Source of the DNA: Bradymonadia bacterium
GTDB lineage: Bacteria; Myxococcota_A; Bradymonadia; UBA7976; UBA1532
Direction: 5' to 3'
NCBI GenBank assembly: GCA_046290225.1
Contig: JBKAGE010000078.1
Coordinates: forward strand, 64,001-128,000
Length of the DNA: 64,000 bases
Shown: one piece after another, positions 49,215 through 57,998 of the stretch
Layout: every line of letters starts with the position of its first letter
Numbering within the stretch: position 1 is the first letter of the stretch
Position numbers and translations under genes: made by a program
The notes under the pieces: model-generated
Databases searched by the model: none
The model's input: only the letters and a program-made list of their open reading frames with translations
Told to the model about the DNA's origin: nothing

Positions 49215-50816
49215 ATGCTCGACCTACCCAAAGAGTTCAATACAGCAGGCCCTTGCAATGCCCGGATGCACTACATGCTCCCGGCCCTGGAGCGCCTTGA
49301 AGCACTTCCAAAGCTCGCTCGGCGAGGCAAATACTTCGTCTTGCACGCCCCACGACAGACGGGAAAGACGACGCTGCTCAAGCACTTCGCACGACACGTC
49401 AATGCCGAGGGAGAGATGACGGCGGTGTACTTCTCCTGTGAGGCAGGTGAGGCGTCAGGGGATGATTATGTCGCAGCACAGCAGACGGTCATCGAGAGCA
49501 TTCGACTCGCCGCCGAGCACCAACTCGACCCCGACCTGAGGCCTCCACCTGCTGACGCTTCAGCGACGACGGCGCCTGGCAGCCTGTTACAGGCCTTCCT
49601 GAGAGGATGGTGCGCCACGTGCCCAAAGCCGCTGGTGCTGCTCTTCGACGAGATCGACGCTTTGAGAGGGCCCAGCCTGCTCTCGGTCCTACGCCAGCTC
49701 CGGGCAGGCTACGACGATCGTCCTGAGCACGCGCCCTGGTCGGTCGTGCTTTGTGGCCTGCGCGACGTGCGGGACTACAAAATGGCCAGTGGGGGCAGCG
49801 CCCGGCTGGGTACATCGAGCCCTTTCAACATCAAGGTTGAGTCTTTGACTCTGAGTAACTTCACACCCGAGCAAGTGAAAGCGCTGTATCAGCAGCACAC
49901 TCAAGCAACAGGGCAAACCTTCGATGAGGTTGCACTCAGCCGCGCGTTTGAGCTGACTCAAGGGCAGCCCTGGCTCGTCAACAGTTTGGCAGCTGAGGTG
50001 ATCGAGAAGATGCAGATCGCCGAAACCATCACCCTCGACCACATCGAACATGCCAAAGAGCGCCTGATTCTCGCTCGAGCCACTCACTTGGATTCTCTCG
50101 TCTCCAAACTCCACGAGGCATCCGTGCGGCGTGTGTTGGAGCCTCTTGTTTCGAGTACTTCGCCTCAGACGAGCTCTGATGTGACGTACAGCGATGACGT
50201 GAGCTATGTGGCCGACCTCGGCCTCATCGCCCGCAACCCACCCGTGCGTCCAGCAAACCCCATATATCGCGAGGTGATGGTTCGAGCCCTCACGGCGAAC
50301 TTCACCCCCCGCATCGTCACCGATCCAACACGCTTTGTTCTGCCTGATGGACGCTTCGATATGCGGGCAGCCTTGGAAGCCTTCGCACAATTCTGGGTTG
50401 AGAATGGTGAGGCCATGGCCCGGCCGGGCCAGACCTACCCAGAAGCCACCGCGCAGATCGTGATGATGGCTTTCTTGCAACGTGTGGTGAACGGCGGAGG
50501 CACCATCGACCGGGAGTACGGCATCGGCCGAGGCCGCATCGATCTCATGGTGCGCTGGCCTTACGAGACAGCAAATGGCAGGCAGCTGCAACGCGAGGTC
50601 ATCGAGCTCAAGCGCTGGGCCACGGGTGATCGCCATGGAGATCCCCTGCCCCGGGGTCTGGAACAGCTCGACGAGTACATGGGGCGCACGGAGGTGGATC
50701 ACGGCTGGCTCATCATCTTCGACATGCGAGATGACGCCGCTGATGTGTGGGATCGAACTCGTTTCGATGAGCACACCGCCCCATCAGGCAAAGCTGTGAT
50801 CCTACTTCGGGCCTGA
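49215..50816 (+). CDS. AAA-like ATPase with C-terminal PD-(D/E)xK nuclease-like domain
   Basis: FNTAGP, Walker A APRQTGKT, Walker B LLFDEID, GQPWLVN; REY..GRGRIDL...VIELK...QL..Y. Confidence 0.8.
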   Translation: MLDLPKEFNTAGPCNARMHYMLPALERLEALPKLARRGKYFVLHAPRQTGKTTLLKHFARHVNAEGEMTAVYFSCEAGEASGDDYVAAQQTVIESIRLAAEHQLDPDLRPPPADASATTAPGSLLQAFLRGWCATCPKPLVLLFDEIDALRGPSLLSVLRQLRAGYDDRPEHAPWSVVLCGLRDVRDYKMASGGSARLGTSSPFNIKVESLTLSNFTPEQVKALYQQHTQATGQTFDEVALSRAFELTQGQPWLVNSLAAEVIEKMQIAETITLDHIEHAKERLILARATHLDSLVSKLHEASVRRVLEPLVSSTSPQTSSDVTYSDDVSYVADLGLIARNPPVRPANPIYREVMVRALTANFTPRIVTDPTRFVLPDGRFDMRAALEAFAQFWVENGEAMARPGQTYPEATAQIVMMAFLQRVVNGGGTIDREYGIGRGRIDLMVRWPYETANGRQLQREVIELKRWATGDRHGDPLPRGLEQLDEYMGRTEVDHGWLIIFDMRDDAADVWDRTRFDEHTAPSGKAVILLRA

Positions 50817-50854
50817 AGATCGGGGGTTAAAATCCCAGCTCAAATCGCGCTGTA

Positions 50855-51346
50855 TCATTGACGGCGCCGGGCCTGCCGCATCAGGCGCCCCTTTTTGCCC
50901 AATCGGGCAGCTGGGTACGTCTTCGCTCTCTGTGTTCGAGCTACGCCGGACTTCATCTTTGATGGTTGGGCATTTGTCAGGCTCCCATCCAGCGGACGGT
51001 CTTCGGGCAAGTGGTGGTCCCACTCACCCTCATCGAGGTCGTAGCAACACCATCCTCGCTCACGACAAACCGGCCTGAGGCGCGAGAGCAGAACGGACTT
51101 GCCGTCCACCCCAATGGAGTCGACCTCCCCATCACTGACACTCAGCGAAAACCTGACGAACATACCCCCGTCAAGCGCGCACCACCCCTCTCGTGATGAG
51201 TCCCACCGAAGCTCGCCAAAGCAGCTCTCAAGAATGGCACGGACGTCTTCGATGGCGCCAAGTGGCTCGCCCACCCAGTCGCTTGGCATCTCATCAACCG
51301 GCGGAAGTGGACGCGTGGAGGCCAGGATCATCATATCGAGGTTCAT
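50855..51346 (-). CDS. Hypothetical protein
   Basis: Fills the gap downstream of ligA on the same strand; GGGAGG upstream; no recognised family. Confidence 0.5.
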   Translation of the reverse strand: MNLDMMILASTRPLPPVDEMPSDWVGEPLGAIEDVRAILESCFGELRWDSSREGWCALDGGMFVRFSLSVSDGEVDSIGVDGKSVLLSRLRPVCRERGWCCYDLDEGEWDHHLPEDRPLDGSLTNAQPSKMKSGVARTQRAKTYPAARLGKKGRLMRQARRRQ

Positions 51347-51382
51347 CCCCACAGCTGACCTCCCATCCTCTGCGTAGGGCGC

Positions 51383-53305
51383 TCACTCGGCCCCGGCGCT
51401 CACCTCTTCGAGCAGAGCGATGAACTCCGCCTCGCTCAACACCGGCACGCCGGCCTTCTCGGCTTTGGTGAGCTTGCTGCCCGCCTTGCCCTCGGCGCCC
51501 ACCACGAGGTAGCTCAGCGACTTGCTCACGCCAGAGGCGGCGGTGCCTCCGAGGGCCTTCACCCGCTTCTGAGCGTCGCCGCGGCTCATGGCCGAGAGGG
51601 TCGCCGTGAAGAGGAACGACTTGCCCTCAAGGGGGCCGCCCTCGGCCACCTCGGGCACACCTTCGTCGTCCACCACATCGACGTGCTCGAGCAGCGCGTC
51701 GATGAGCTCGGCCTTGTCGATGAGGCCCTGCACCACAGTGCGCGATGTCTTCTCGGCGAACTTCGGCAGCTCCGCCACCTGTGAGGGCTTCGCCGCCCGA
51801 ACTCCGGCGAGGCTCTTGAAGTGCATCGCCAACGTGGCCGCCTGACTCTTCCCTACCCCGGGCACGCCCAGCGAGATCAGGAACACCTTGAGGGGGATAC
51901 TCTTGTGAGATTCGACGTTGGCCACGAGCTTCGCCGCGAGGGTCTCCCCCATGCGCTCGAAGCCCAGCAGATCGTCGGCCTTGAGGGTGTAGTAATCCTC
52001 GGGGCTCTGGAGCAGGCCCGCCTCGTGGAAGGTCTCGAGCCAAGTCTCGCCGAAGCCCTCGATGCCCACGGCGTCGGCGTAGTGCTTCAGGCTCTGCACC
52101 TGCTGCTCGGCGCTGGCGTAGCCCTCGGCGAGGGACACGAAGTCGCCGTCGACCACCACGGGGATGCCCTTGTAGGTCTCCGGGGGGGTGATGGGGGTGT
52201 CGCCGGGCTCCACCACAGCCTCGAGGTACGGGATCACCCCGCCACGACGCATGGCCACCACCTTGGCGTTGATGCTCAGGTTCTTCGCCTGCACCAGCCC
52301 CCAGTTGTGCAAGCTGATGCGGGTCACCACAGCGCCGCTCAGCTTCACCGGGGCCACGATGCCCACGGGGGTGAGCGTGCCATTGCGGCTCACGCTCCAC
52401 TCCACATCTTCGAGGATCGTGGTGGCGCTCTCGCCCTGCAGCTTGTAGGCGATGGCGGCGCGGGGGTGATGTGCTGTGGCGCCGAGGCGCACCTGCTCGC
52501 TCACGAGGTTGGCGCGGTACACCACCCCGTCGATCTCGAAGTCGATCTTGTCGCGACGGGCCACATAGCTCTCGTAGCCCGCCTGCATCTGCGCGCGCTC
52601 GAGGAGCGTGTGCTCCACGGGGCTGAAGCCCCAGGCTTCCAGCTGAGCGAACTTCTCCATCTCCGTGGGCAGATCGACACCTTTGAGATCGTAGGCGAAG
52701 AACGCGAGGTTCTTGCTGGCCGACTCGTCGGGATCTTTGGTCTTGAGGGCCCCGGCGGTGGTGTTGCGGGGGTTGGCGAAGTCGGCGGAGATCTTGGCGA
52801 ACTCGCTGAGCGGCAGGTAGACCTCGCCGCGGATCTCTGCCGCCTGGGCCACGGGCAACCGCTGGGGCACGTTGGCGATGCGCCGCACGTTGGCGGTGAT
52901 GTCTTCGCCCACGGTGCCGCTGCCCCGGGTGGCGGCGAGGAACAGGAAGCCGTCGTCGTCGTAGCGGATGCTGCAGGCCACGCCGTCGATCTTGGGGCTC
53001 ATGACGATGGGCCCGTCGAACTTCACCGACCACGACATGAGATCGTCTTCGTTGTAGCACTTGTCGAGGCTGAGCATCGCCTCGAGGTGCGTCACCTCGT
53101 CGCCGGATCGGCCCGCCTCTTCGCCGAGGCTGATCAGCACCGGGTGATCGGGAGCCAGCTCGCGCAGGCGCTCCACGAGGCGGTCATAGTCGTAGTCGCT
53201 GATCTCGGGGTTGGCCTCGCCCCAGTAGAGTTGATTGTGGTGGGCCACAGCCTCGGCGAGGGCCGAAGCGTCCCAGTCCATCCAGCCATCGGGGAGCGGG
53301 TTCAC
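51383..53305 (-). CDS. ligA: NAD-dependent DNA ligase (zinc finger absent)
   Basis: ISDYDYD, MLSL, KIDG, TRG.G..GEDIT, EIRGE, NPRN, DGVV, AYK, SLHN, HhH repeats, BRCT. Confidence 0.95.
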   Translation of the reverse strand: MNPLPDGWMDWDASALAEAVAHHNQLYWGEANPEISDYDYDRLVERLRELAPDHPVLISLGEEAGRSGDEVTHLEAMLSLDKCYNEDDLMSWSVKFDGPIVMSPKIDGVACSIRYDDDGFLFLAATRGSGTVGEDITANVRRIANVPQRLPVAQAAEIRGEVYLPLSEFAKISADFANPRNTTAGALKTKDPDESASKNLAFFAYDLKGVDLPTEMEKFAQLEAWGFSPVEHTLLERAQMQAGYESYVARRDKIDFEIDGVVYRANLVSEQVRLGATAHHPRAAIAYKLQGESATTILEDVEWSVSRNGTLTPVGIVAPVKLSGAVVTRISLHNWGLVQAKNLSINAKVVAMRRGGVIPYLEAVVEPGDTPITPPETYKGIPVVVDGDFVSLAEGYASAEQQVQSLKHYADAVGIEGFGETWLETFHEAGLLQSPEDYYTLKADDLLGFERMGETLAAKLVANVESHKSIPLKVFLISLGVPGVGKSQAATLAMHFKSLAGVRAAKPSQVAELPKFAEKTSRTVVQGLIDKAELIDALLEHVDVVDDEGVPEVAEGGPLEGKSFLFTATLSAMSRGDAQKRVKALGGTAASGVSKSLSYLVVGAEGKAGSKLTKAEKAGVPVLSEAEFIALLEEVSAGAE

Positions 53306-55557
53306 GCGATCTCCTGAGCCTGGACCGCGGTGATGGCGGTCACGTTGACGATGTTTCTCACGGGGCAGTCACGCTCCAGCACGTTCACCGGCCGGGCCAT
53401 GCCCATCAAAATCGGGCCCACGAGGTCGACGTCGGCGAGACGCCCCATGAGCTTGTAAGCGATGTTGCCACTGTTGAGCTCGGGGAACACCAGCACGTTG
53501 GCCTCGCCCCCGAGGGTGTTGAAGGGGAACAGCCGCTGCAGCTGCTCGGGATCGAGGGCTGCGCTCGCCTGGATCTCGCCGTCGATGGGCAGATCGGGCT
53601 GCTGGGCCTTCACGATCTCAACCGCCCGAGCGGCGCGGGTGGCAGAAGGATGCTGGGTCTGACCGAAGTTGCTGAAGCTCAGCATGGCCACCCGCGGGTC
53701 GACATCCATCGACCGGGCCAACGCCGCAGAGGCGATGGCGATCTCTGCCAGGGTCTCCGCGTCGGGATCGATGTTCACCGTGGTGTCGGCGAACAGCTTG
53801 AGCCCCTCGGGCAAGATGAGCAGGTAGGCCCCGCAGACCTTCCGGGTGCCCTCGGCGGTGCCGATGATCTGCAATGCCGGGCGGATCACCTCGGGGTAGG
53901 CAGACCGGATGCCACCCACCATGCCGCCGGCCTCGCCGAGATGCACCATCATGGCGCCGTAGTAGGCGGGGTTGCCCATGGCGAGGCGGGCGTCGGCACG
54001 GCTCATCCCCTTGCGCTGGCGCAGCTGCCACAGGGCCTCGGCGTACCGGTCGCGCTCTTCTGAGCGCACGGGGTTGATGAGGGTCATGCCCTCGAGGGGC
54101 ACGTCGACTTCTTGAGCGACCTGCCGAATCTTGTCGACGTTGCCGAGCAGAATCGGCTTCGCCACGCCTTCTTCCATGGCGATGTGGGCCGCCCGGATGA
54201 TGCGCGGATGATCCCCCTCGGGGTACACCACCGAAATCGGCGCCCGGGCGGCCTTTCGGGTGATGGTGCGCATGACCTCGCGCTCACGGCCGAGGATCTT
54301 CACCAGGCGCTCGTGGTAGGCGTCCCAGTCGGTGATGGGGGTACGGGCGACGCCGCTCTCCACGGCGGCTCTGGCCACCGCTGGGGCCACCCTGAGCAGG
54401 GCCCGATAGTCGAAGGGCTTGGGGATGATGTAGTCGGGCCCGAAGGTGATGGGGGCGTCACCATAGGCTCTGCGCACCTCGTCGGGGACGTCTTCCTGAG
54501 CGAGCTCCGCCAGGGCGTCGACGGCGGCGAGCTTCATGGCGTCGCTCACCCCAGTGGCCCGCACGTCGAGGGCGCCACGGAAGATGAACGGGAAGCCGAG
54601 CACGTTGTTCACTTGGTTGGGGAAGTCGCTGCGCCCCGTGGCCACGATGGCGTTGGGCCGCGCCGCCCGAGCGTCGTCGTAGGTGATCTCGGGATCAGGG
54701 TTGGCGAGGGCGAAGATGATGGGCTGATCCGCCATGTTCTTCACCATCTCCTGGGTCACCGCGCCACCGACGCTCACCCCGACGAAGACGTCGGCCCCCA
54801 CGAGGGCCTCTTCGAGGGTGCGGTGCTCGGTGTCCACGGCAAAGCGAGCCTTGTAGGGATTCATCCCTGCCTCGCGACCGGTGTAGATGACCCCCCGAGA
54901 GTCGCACATGATCAGGTTCTCCCGCTTCACCCCGGCGAGCAGGAACATCTTGGCGCAGGCGATGGCGGCGGCCCCTGCCCCGCTGTACACACAGCGTACA
55001 TCTTCTGCCTTCTTACCGGTGAGCTTCAGGGCGTTCCTGAAGGCGGCGGTGGCGATGATGGCGGTGCCGTGCTGATCGTCGTGGAACACGGGGATGCTGA
55101 GGCGCTCGGTGAGGGTCTCTTCAATATAGAAGCAGTCCGGGGCCTTGATGTCCTCGAGGTTGATGCCGCCAAAGGTGGGCTCGAGGGCGGTCACCGCGGC
55201 GATCATCGTGTCGGGATCAGGGGCGTTGAGCTCGATGTCGAAGCAGTCGATGTCGGCGAACCGCTTGAAGAGCACGGCCTTGCCCTCCATGACAGGCTTG
55301 CCGGCTTCGGGGCCGATGTTGCCGAGGCCGAGCACGGCGGTGCCGTTGGAGACCACCCCCACGAGGTTGCCTCGGGCGGTGTAGTCGAAGACCGAGTTGG
55401 GATCTTCTTTGATGGCGATGCAAGGCTCGGCGACGCCGGGGCTGTATGCCAGCGAGAGATCGCGCTGGGTCTCGAGGGGTTTGGTGGCGCGGATGGCCAG
55501 CTTTCCTGGGCGACCCTGGCGGTGATACTCGAGGGCGTCGGTCTTGCGGCGTGTCAC
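53302..55557 (-). CDS. maeB: NADP-dependent malic enzyme with phosphotransacetylase-like domain
   Basis: [42 protein letters not shown] domain DGEIQ..GNIAYKL. Confidence 0.95.
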   Translation of the reverse strand: MTRRKTDALEYHRQGRPGKLAIRATKPLETQRDLSLAYSPGVAEPCIAIKEDPNSVFDYTARGNLVGVVSNGTAVLGLGNIGPEAGKPVMEGKAVLFKRFADIDCFDIELNAPDPDTMIAAVTALEPTFGGINLEDIKAPDCFYIEETLTERLSIPVFHDDQHGTAIIATAAFRNALKLTGKKAEDVRCVYSGAGAAAIACAKMFLLAGVKRENLIMCDSRGVIYTGREAGMNPYKARFAVDTEHRTLEEALVGADVFVGVSVGGAVTQEMVKNMADQPIIFALANPDPEITYDDARAARPNAIVATGRSDFPNQVNNVLGFPFIFRGALDVRATGVSDAMKLAAVDALAELAQEDVPDEVRRAYGDAPITFGPDYIIPKPFDYRALLRVAPAVARAAVESGVARTPITDWDAYHERLVKILGREREVMRTITRKAARAPISVVYPEGDHPRIIRAAHIAMEEGVAKPILLGNVDKIRQVAQEVDVPLEGMTLINPVRSEERDRYAEALWQLRQRKGMSRADARLAMGNPAYYGAMMVHLGEAGGMVGGIRSAYPEVIRPALQIIGTAEGTRKVCGAYLLILPEGLKLFADTTVNIDPDAETLAEIAIASAALARSMDVDPRVAMLSFSNFGQTQHPSATRAARAVEIVKAQQPDLPIDGEIQASAALDPEQLQRLFPFNTLGGEANVLVFPELNSGNIAYKLMGRLADVDLVGPILMGMARPVNVLERDCPVRNIVNVTAITAVQAQEIA

Positions 55558-55652
55558 GGCGGCTCCTGCTCTGACTTCGGTGCACGAGCTTTATCACAGA
55601 GCCCACCACAGGGCGATGCCTGCAGTTGCATCCGTCACTTCGCTGTGACACA

Positions 55653-55666
55653 GGTGAACGCTCACA
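55653..55666. promoter_or_regulatory. Putative LacI-family operator
   Basis: GGTGAACGCTCACA, 12/14 identical to the symmetric TGTGAGCGCTCACA, just upstream of a sugar symporter. Confidence 0.4.
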
Positions 55667-55692
55667 CGTGAAATCAATCAGAAGAGGCGCAC

Positions 55693-57255
55693 ATGGGCTC
55701 CATCGAGACCGTGGACTACATCGTCATCGGGGTGTACTTCGCCGTGGTCTTCACCATCGGCTTGACCATCGCCCGCAAGACCCACTCCGGCGAAGATCTG
55801 TTCCTCGCGGGTCGTACCCTGGGCTTTGCAGCCATCGGCTTCAGCCTCTTCGCCTCGAACATCTCGAGCACCTCACTCATCGGGCTCTCCGGCGCCGCCT
55901 ACAAATCGGGCATCGCGGTCTCGGCGTACGAGTGGATGGCGGCGGTGGTGCTCATCTTCATGGCGGCGATCTTCATCCCGCTCTATTTGAAGGCCCGCAT
56001 CACCACAGTGCCCGAGTTCCTCGAGAAGCGCTTCGATCGACGATCGCGGGTGTACTTCTCGTTGATCACCATCTTCCTGAGCATCGTCGTCGACACCGCC
56101 GGCGGTCTCTATGCTGGGGCCCTGGTGCTCAAGGTGTTCTTCCCGGATCTCGTGGTGTGGCAGACCTGTGTGGTCCTGGCACTCATCGCGGGTCTCTACA
56201 CCGCCGCGGGAGGCCTCGCCGCAGTGGTCTACACCGATGTGATCCAGGCCGTGGTGCTGCTCATGGGCACCGCACTGCTCACCTACTATGTGCTCGACGC
56301 CTACGACTTTTCCTGGGCTGCGGCCACGGCGGCGACGCCTGATGCCCACATGCATTTGATACGGGGGAACGACGATCCCGACATGCCCTGGCTGGGCCTC
56401 ATCACCGGGGTACCAATTTTGGGGTTCTGGTATTGGACCACCAACCAGTACATCACCCAGCGCGTGCTCGGAGCTCGCTCCGTGGCTCACGCCCGGTGGG
56501 GTGCCATCCTCGGTGGCCTACTCAAGCTGGTGCCTTTGTTCACGATGATCCTGCCTGGGGCCCTGGCCATCGGGCTCTACCCCGATTTGCAGGATCCGGA
56601 TCTGGTGTTCCCCACCCTGGTGACCGAGTTGCTGCCCGCGGGTGTAGTGGGCTTGGTCCTCGCCGGTCTCATCGCCGCCATCATGTCCAGCGTAGACTCG
56701 ACGCTGAACTCGGCCTCAGCGCTGGTGGTGTGCGACTTCATCGGCGCAAAGCAGAGCTTGACCCCGAAGGCTGTGGCCAAGGCGGGTCGATTGACGACGC
56801 TGATCCTCATGGTGGTGGCGGCGGCCTGGGCGCCGATGATCGAGGAGTTCGGCGGGCTCTTCGACTACATCCAGAAGTCCTACGCGATCCTGGTGCCGCC
56901 CATCGCCACGATCTTCTTGCTCGGCGCCTTCTGGCGGCGCGGTACCGGCACCGCGGCGCTCACAACACTGGTCGTGGGCCACGGCGTGGGTCTGGTGTTC
57001 ATGGTGCTCTCGGAGCAAAAGATCTGGAACGCCCACTTCACCATCACCTGCGCCCTGATGACCGCGGTGAGCATTGTGGTCTTCGTGATGGTCAGTCTTC
57101 AGACGGCACCAACGCCAAAGGCACAGTTGGCCGACTCGCTCTGGCAACCTGAGATGGCCCGCCCGACAAAGGGCGCTACGGGCTGGCGGGACTACCGTGT
57201 GTTGTCTGCATTGCTGGCGGCGCTCACGCTATGGATGGTGGCGAGCTTCTGGTGA
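55693..57255 (+). CDS. Sodium:solute (SGLT-type sugar) symporter
   Basis: FLAGR, SLFASNI, YEW, TVPEFLEKRF, GGLAAVVYTD, WYW..NQYITQR, AAIMSS. Confidence 0.92.
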   Translation: MGSIETVDYIVIGVYFAVVFTIGLTIARKTHSGEDLFLAGRTLGFAAIGFSLFASNISSTSLIGLSGAAYKSGIAVSAYEWMAAVVLIFMAAIFIPLYLKARITTVPEFLEKRFDRRSRVYFSLITIFLSIVVDTAGGLYAGALVLKVFFPDLVVWQTCVVLALIAGLYTAAGGLAAVVYTDVIQAVVLLMGTALLTYYVLDAYDFSWAAATAATPDAHMHLIRGNDDPDMPWLGLITGVPILGFWYWTTNQYITQRVLGARSVAHARWGAILGGLLKLVPLFTMILPGALAIGLYPDLQDPDLVFPTLVTELLPAGVVGLVLAGLIAAIMSSVDSTLNSASALVVCDFIGAKQSLTPKAVAKAGRLTTLILMVVAAAWAPMIEEFGGLFDYIQKSYAILVPPIATIFLLGAFWRRGTGTAALTTLVVGHGVGLVFMVLSEQKIWNAHFTITCALMTAVSIVVFVMVSLQTAPTPKAQLADSLWQPEMARPTKGATGWRDYRVLSALLAALTLWMVASFW

Positions 57256-57388
57256 GGGTACTCAGAGCTTCATGGTGTGCCCTCCACCCCTGTCATCGAT
57301 GCACTCGATGAGTCGCTCAAACTGTGGGTGTCGCATCTTCCCGGCTCAAGCACTGATTTACATCAGCCCGTGCACCACAGAGGCGTGG

Positions 57389-57880
57389 GGCTGAGCCTGT
57401 GTAGGCAGTCGTCGCTTCGCTCCGCCTGCGTAGGCAGCTTTGTCGGCCGGCCTTCGGCCCGCCTTGGAGCTGCGTACACGTCGGCACACTCGCTGGCGCG
57501 AGCAGGCCTCCGGGTAGGCAGGGTCGCTCAATGCTTCGCATTGTTTGCTCGCTCCCCTGCGTAAAGAGCCAGTTTTGGTGTGGCTTTGCACTGATTCCGG
57601 CGCTGCTGGGGCTTTCGCCCAGCGCCGGGGCTCAGAGGCTTGCACGTTCGCGGTAGGTCGAATCCCGGCGGGGTTCAGCAACGAGATACAGAAGAAGCTC
57701 TTTACGCAGGGGAGCGAGCAAACAAGGCGAAGCCTTGAGCGACCCTGCCTACCCGGAAGGGTGTCCGCGCAAGCGGATGCCCGAACGTGTACGCGCCAGA
57801 CGAGGCGGTCCGAAGGACTGCCGAAGGCCCGGCGCCTACGCAGGCAGAGCGCAGCGATGACTGCCTACAAGGGCTCAGCC
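57389..57880. repeat. Long inverted-repeat element (two ~180-bp structured units, REP/REPIN- or MITE-like)
   Basis: 57509-57569 vs 57697-57757 are 59/61 reverse-complement identical; 57389-57435 vs 57834-57880 are 42/47; GTAGGCAG motifs; central hairpin 57597-57628. Confidence 0.9.
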
Positions 57881-57998
57881 TGACACTGCGTCCTCCAGCA
57901 ATGACAGCTCATTTTTAATGCGCCCCCGTTCCCTAGAACTGTGTCTTCAGCATAGAATCCGCGGCCACACACCACACCACACGAGCTGGAGTCAGCAC

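Noticed and set aside
57389..57880. CRISPR array
   Set aside because: The repeats are inverted rather than direct, there are no regular spacers and no cas genes
57277..57883. Small ORFs in the symporter-amylase gap (57277-57564, 57317-57541, 57358-57681, 57545-57883)
   Set aside because: They are translations of the inverted repeat; their mutual similarity comes from the palindrome
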